Under the pieces are notes generated by a model. That model did not search any database and had not been told where the DNA came from. It saw nothing but the letters and a program-made list of their open reading frames with translations. Positions 61,802 through 64,000 of a stretch of 64,000 nucleotides of DNA are shown here, one piece after another; positions within the stretch are counted from its first letter, which is position 1; the number at the start of each line of letters is the position of its first letter. The stretch lies in assembly GCA_043228905.1 (NCBI GenBank), contig JBHGNT010000017.1, forward strand, positions 13,454,001 through 13,518,000. Direction: 5' to 3'. This DNA comes from Azolla caroliniana (lineage: Eukaryota > Plantae > Polypodiophyta). A program made the position numbers and the translations under genes.

Positions 61802-64000
61802 TGTTGAATACGGGCTTCTAATGGACGTATTCACACCGTCTCCTTTGTACACACTAGGCTTAGGCTACCTATGTAAATAGTGAGAAGGGCAGTTGCCCTA
61901 AGTTAGTCAGTATATAAACGGACTTTGTAACCTAGTTATGGAGTTGTTGTTTCGTGTGGCAATTGCAATATATTTTGAGTTGTGCTTAATTGTTTCTCTC
62001 TTTCTAATGCACTAGTTGCATTCCCTTTTTTTCTATCTATGTTGCCATCAATCAATTGTGATCTTGTATCTACTTATGATCTTCCAAGTGAGGAGTGTTG
62101 ATCTTGTTCCACATTAGATGAAGACGCTCCCAACATTTGGTATTAGAGCATGGTTTTGTTTGATTTTGCCGCCACCATCTATCTAACCTCCATCAACAAC
62201 TCTTCTCCTGTACACCTTGAAGATCTTGATTGGCAACTCCTCTTGAAATCATATTTGACGAGAGAGACACATGAAGGTTTGCACTCCACTGTTCGAAATC
62301 ACTCTTGAAGCCACACTTGTGCCTCACTCGGTTAGGCAGAAATCGAATAGGTCCTCTGACGCTATCCCCTCACTCATCGTAACCACTCGAAGCAAACATG
62401 ACTCTAGGGGCAACCCCAATTTGTGTTTCATTCGGTTGAACGACTTTCGGGAGGACCAGTTGGCTCCGTCCCTCTCATTGGTGAAGTTACCTGAAACAGG
62501 ATCGGCTTGGAGAATCACACATAATCCGTGTTGGGAAACTCGGGAAATCGATATTCGAAACTGACACGACTTGTGCCCAACTCCAACTAGAACGAAATAG
62601 AGTGAGCATGACTGCTGCACTCCACCAAGGTTTGTAGCTGACTCCGGATAAAGTCTATTAAACCAACACAGATGGCATCAACATCCGGCTCGTCAGAGAT
62701 GAGTCTAAGGAAGTTCGACGGATCAAACTTCAACTTCTGGAAGGAGCAGATGCAGTACTATTTAATAGTCAAGGGGTAAATTGACCCCATTGAGAATGAA
62801 GACCCTCCAGAAGGATACACGCCGCTTGAATGGGCAAAGCTCAATAAAATCGTCCGAGTAACCATTCGAATGCACCTATCGGAGTCCATGTACTTCACAA
62901 TGCAATTGTGCTCGACTGCCTTCCAACTGTGGATGACACTTTCAAACACTTATGAAAAGAAGGTCGCCGCCACCAAGATATACCTGATTCAACGCCTTTA
63001 TAACCTTCGGATGAAAGAGTCTAACTCGGTCCAAGCACACCTGAACGAGTACGAAAACTTAAGCTCCCAAATTGCGGCCCAGGGGACGACAATTGAGGAT
63101 GAACTAAAAGCCATGTTTTTTAAGAGTAGTCTGCCCCCTTCTTGGGAAACTTTCGTTACAATCATGTGCAATGCGTCGATAGCTGTCATCAAGTACTCCT
63201 CAGTCACGAGTGCAAATTTGATTGAAGCAGCTCAAAGAAAATCATTTGCAAATGATTCAGCCAACAACGCCTACGTAGTACAAGGTTTGATTGACCGATC
63301 GAACAACCGTGGAAGAGGTTCTTCACGATAGCCAAACAATCAGCGAAGTCGGAGCAAGTGCCAGGATAATCGAGTCTGCAACTACAACAAGAAACCCGTA
63401 CACATCAAAGCCGATTTCCGTGCACTCAAGGCCAAAAACGATAAGGCTCAATGAGCCGATCAGAAGAAAGGCCGACACGAGAAGATCAACTACGTCGGCT
63501 CTACAGCCGAAGTATTATCAAATGACCCAAACATATTATTAATTGAGAACCCAGTCGAATCAGAAGTTTTGATTACGACCGAAGAATCGAGCGCATGGCT
63601 CTTAGATTCGGGTGCGTCCTTTCATGTGACTCCTCATCGATCCCAATTCTGGCAATACACGGCCTGACATTCCGACTCGGTTCGAGTAGGAAATTCGCAA
63701 CACTGCGACATAATTGGAATTGGCACGATAGAGCTCAACCTTGCGGGTGGCTCTACATTAGTACTACGCAATGTCTGACATGTACCTGAGTTCTCCAGAC
63801 CATTGATCTCAGTCGGACAATTGGATGAAGATGGTATTCGTGTTGGCTTCTCATAAGGAGGGTGGACGCTCCACAGGGGGAACCTCTTGCTTGCTTGAGG
63901 ACTAAAGATACACTAATTGTATCCATTGCACGTCACACTCAGAGAGGGTGACCTATTTTTGGTTGACATCCTCGTGTCATCACTATGGTATGGACAATTC
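61802..64000 (+). mobile_element. Ty1/copia I, 5' part inserted in H (LTR 61802-62135, PBS, gag-PR pseudogene from 62672)
   Basis: TGTTG...CAACA; PBS TGGTATTAGAGC at 62138; KFDGSNFNFWKEQM; WLLDSGASFHV; several stops. Confidence 0.9.

Overview
Repeat-dense land-plant nuclear DNA, probably a fern or other non-seed plant (inferred from the PLS-PPR style, Tcn1-like chromoviruses and RTE-X-like LINEs). Host genes are two intronless PLS-class PPR genes (28046-30934 +, 56260-58272 +) and a UBP3/UBP4-like deubiquitinase (minus strand, 6 coding exons visible, running into a 100-N gap). The rest is nested transposons, much of whose order can be read from target-site duplications: Ty3/gypsy chromoviruses, other gypsy LTRs, five Ty1/copia elements (one very young, with a 1218-codon open frame), two copies of a Mutator-like element, RTE-X-like LINEs and an L1 fragment. 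The most interesting signals are: (1) chromovirus LTRs from three families share a U3 module of a tRNA-geometry A/B-box segment plus heat-shock-element arrays, and the full-length copy also shows Tf1-type self-priming complementarity and a -1 frameshift signal; (2) a MULE carries GGTCGCCCAACC motif arrays next to a candidate small zinc-finger gene; (3) one copia family is strongly enriched in CCGG; (4) one gypsy LTR family appears to make 4-bp ACGT target duplications. All coordinates and counts were read by eye; no searches were run.
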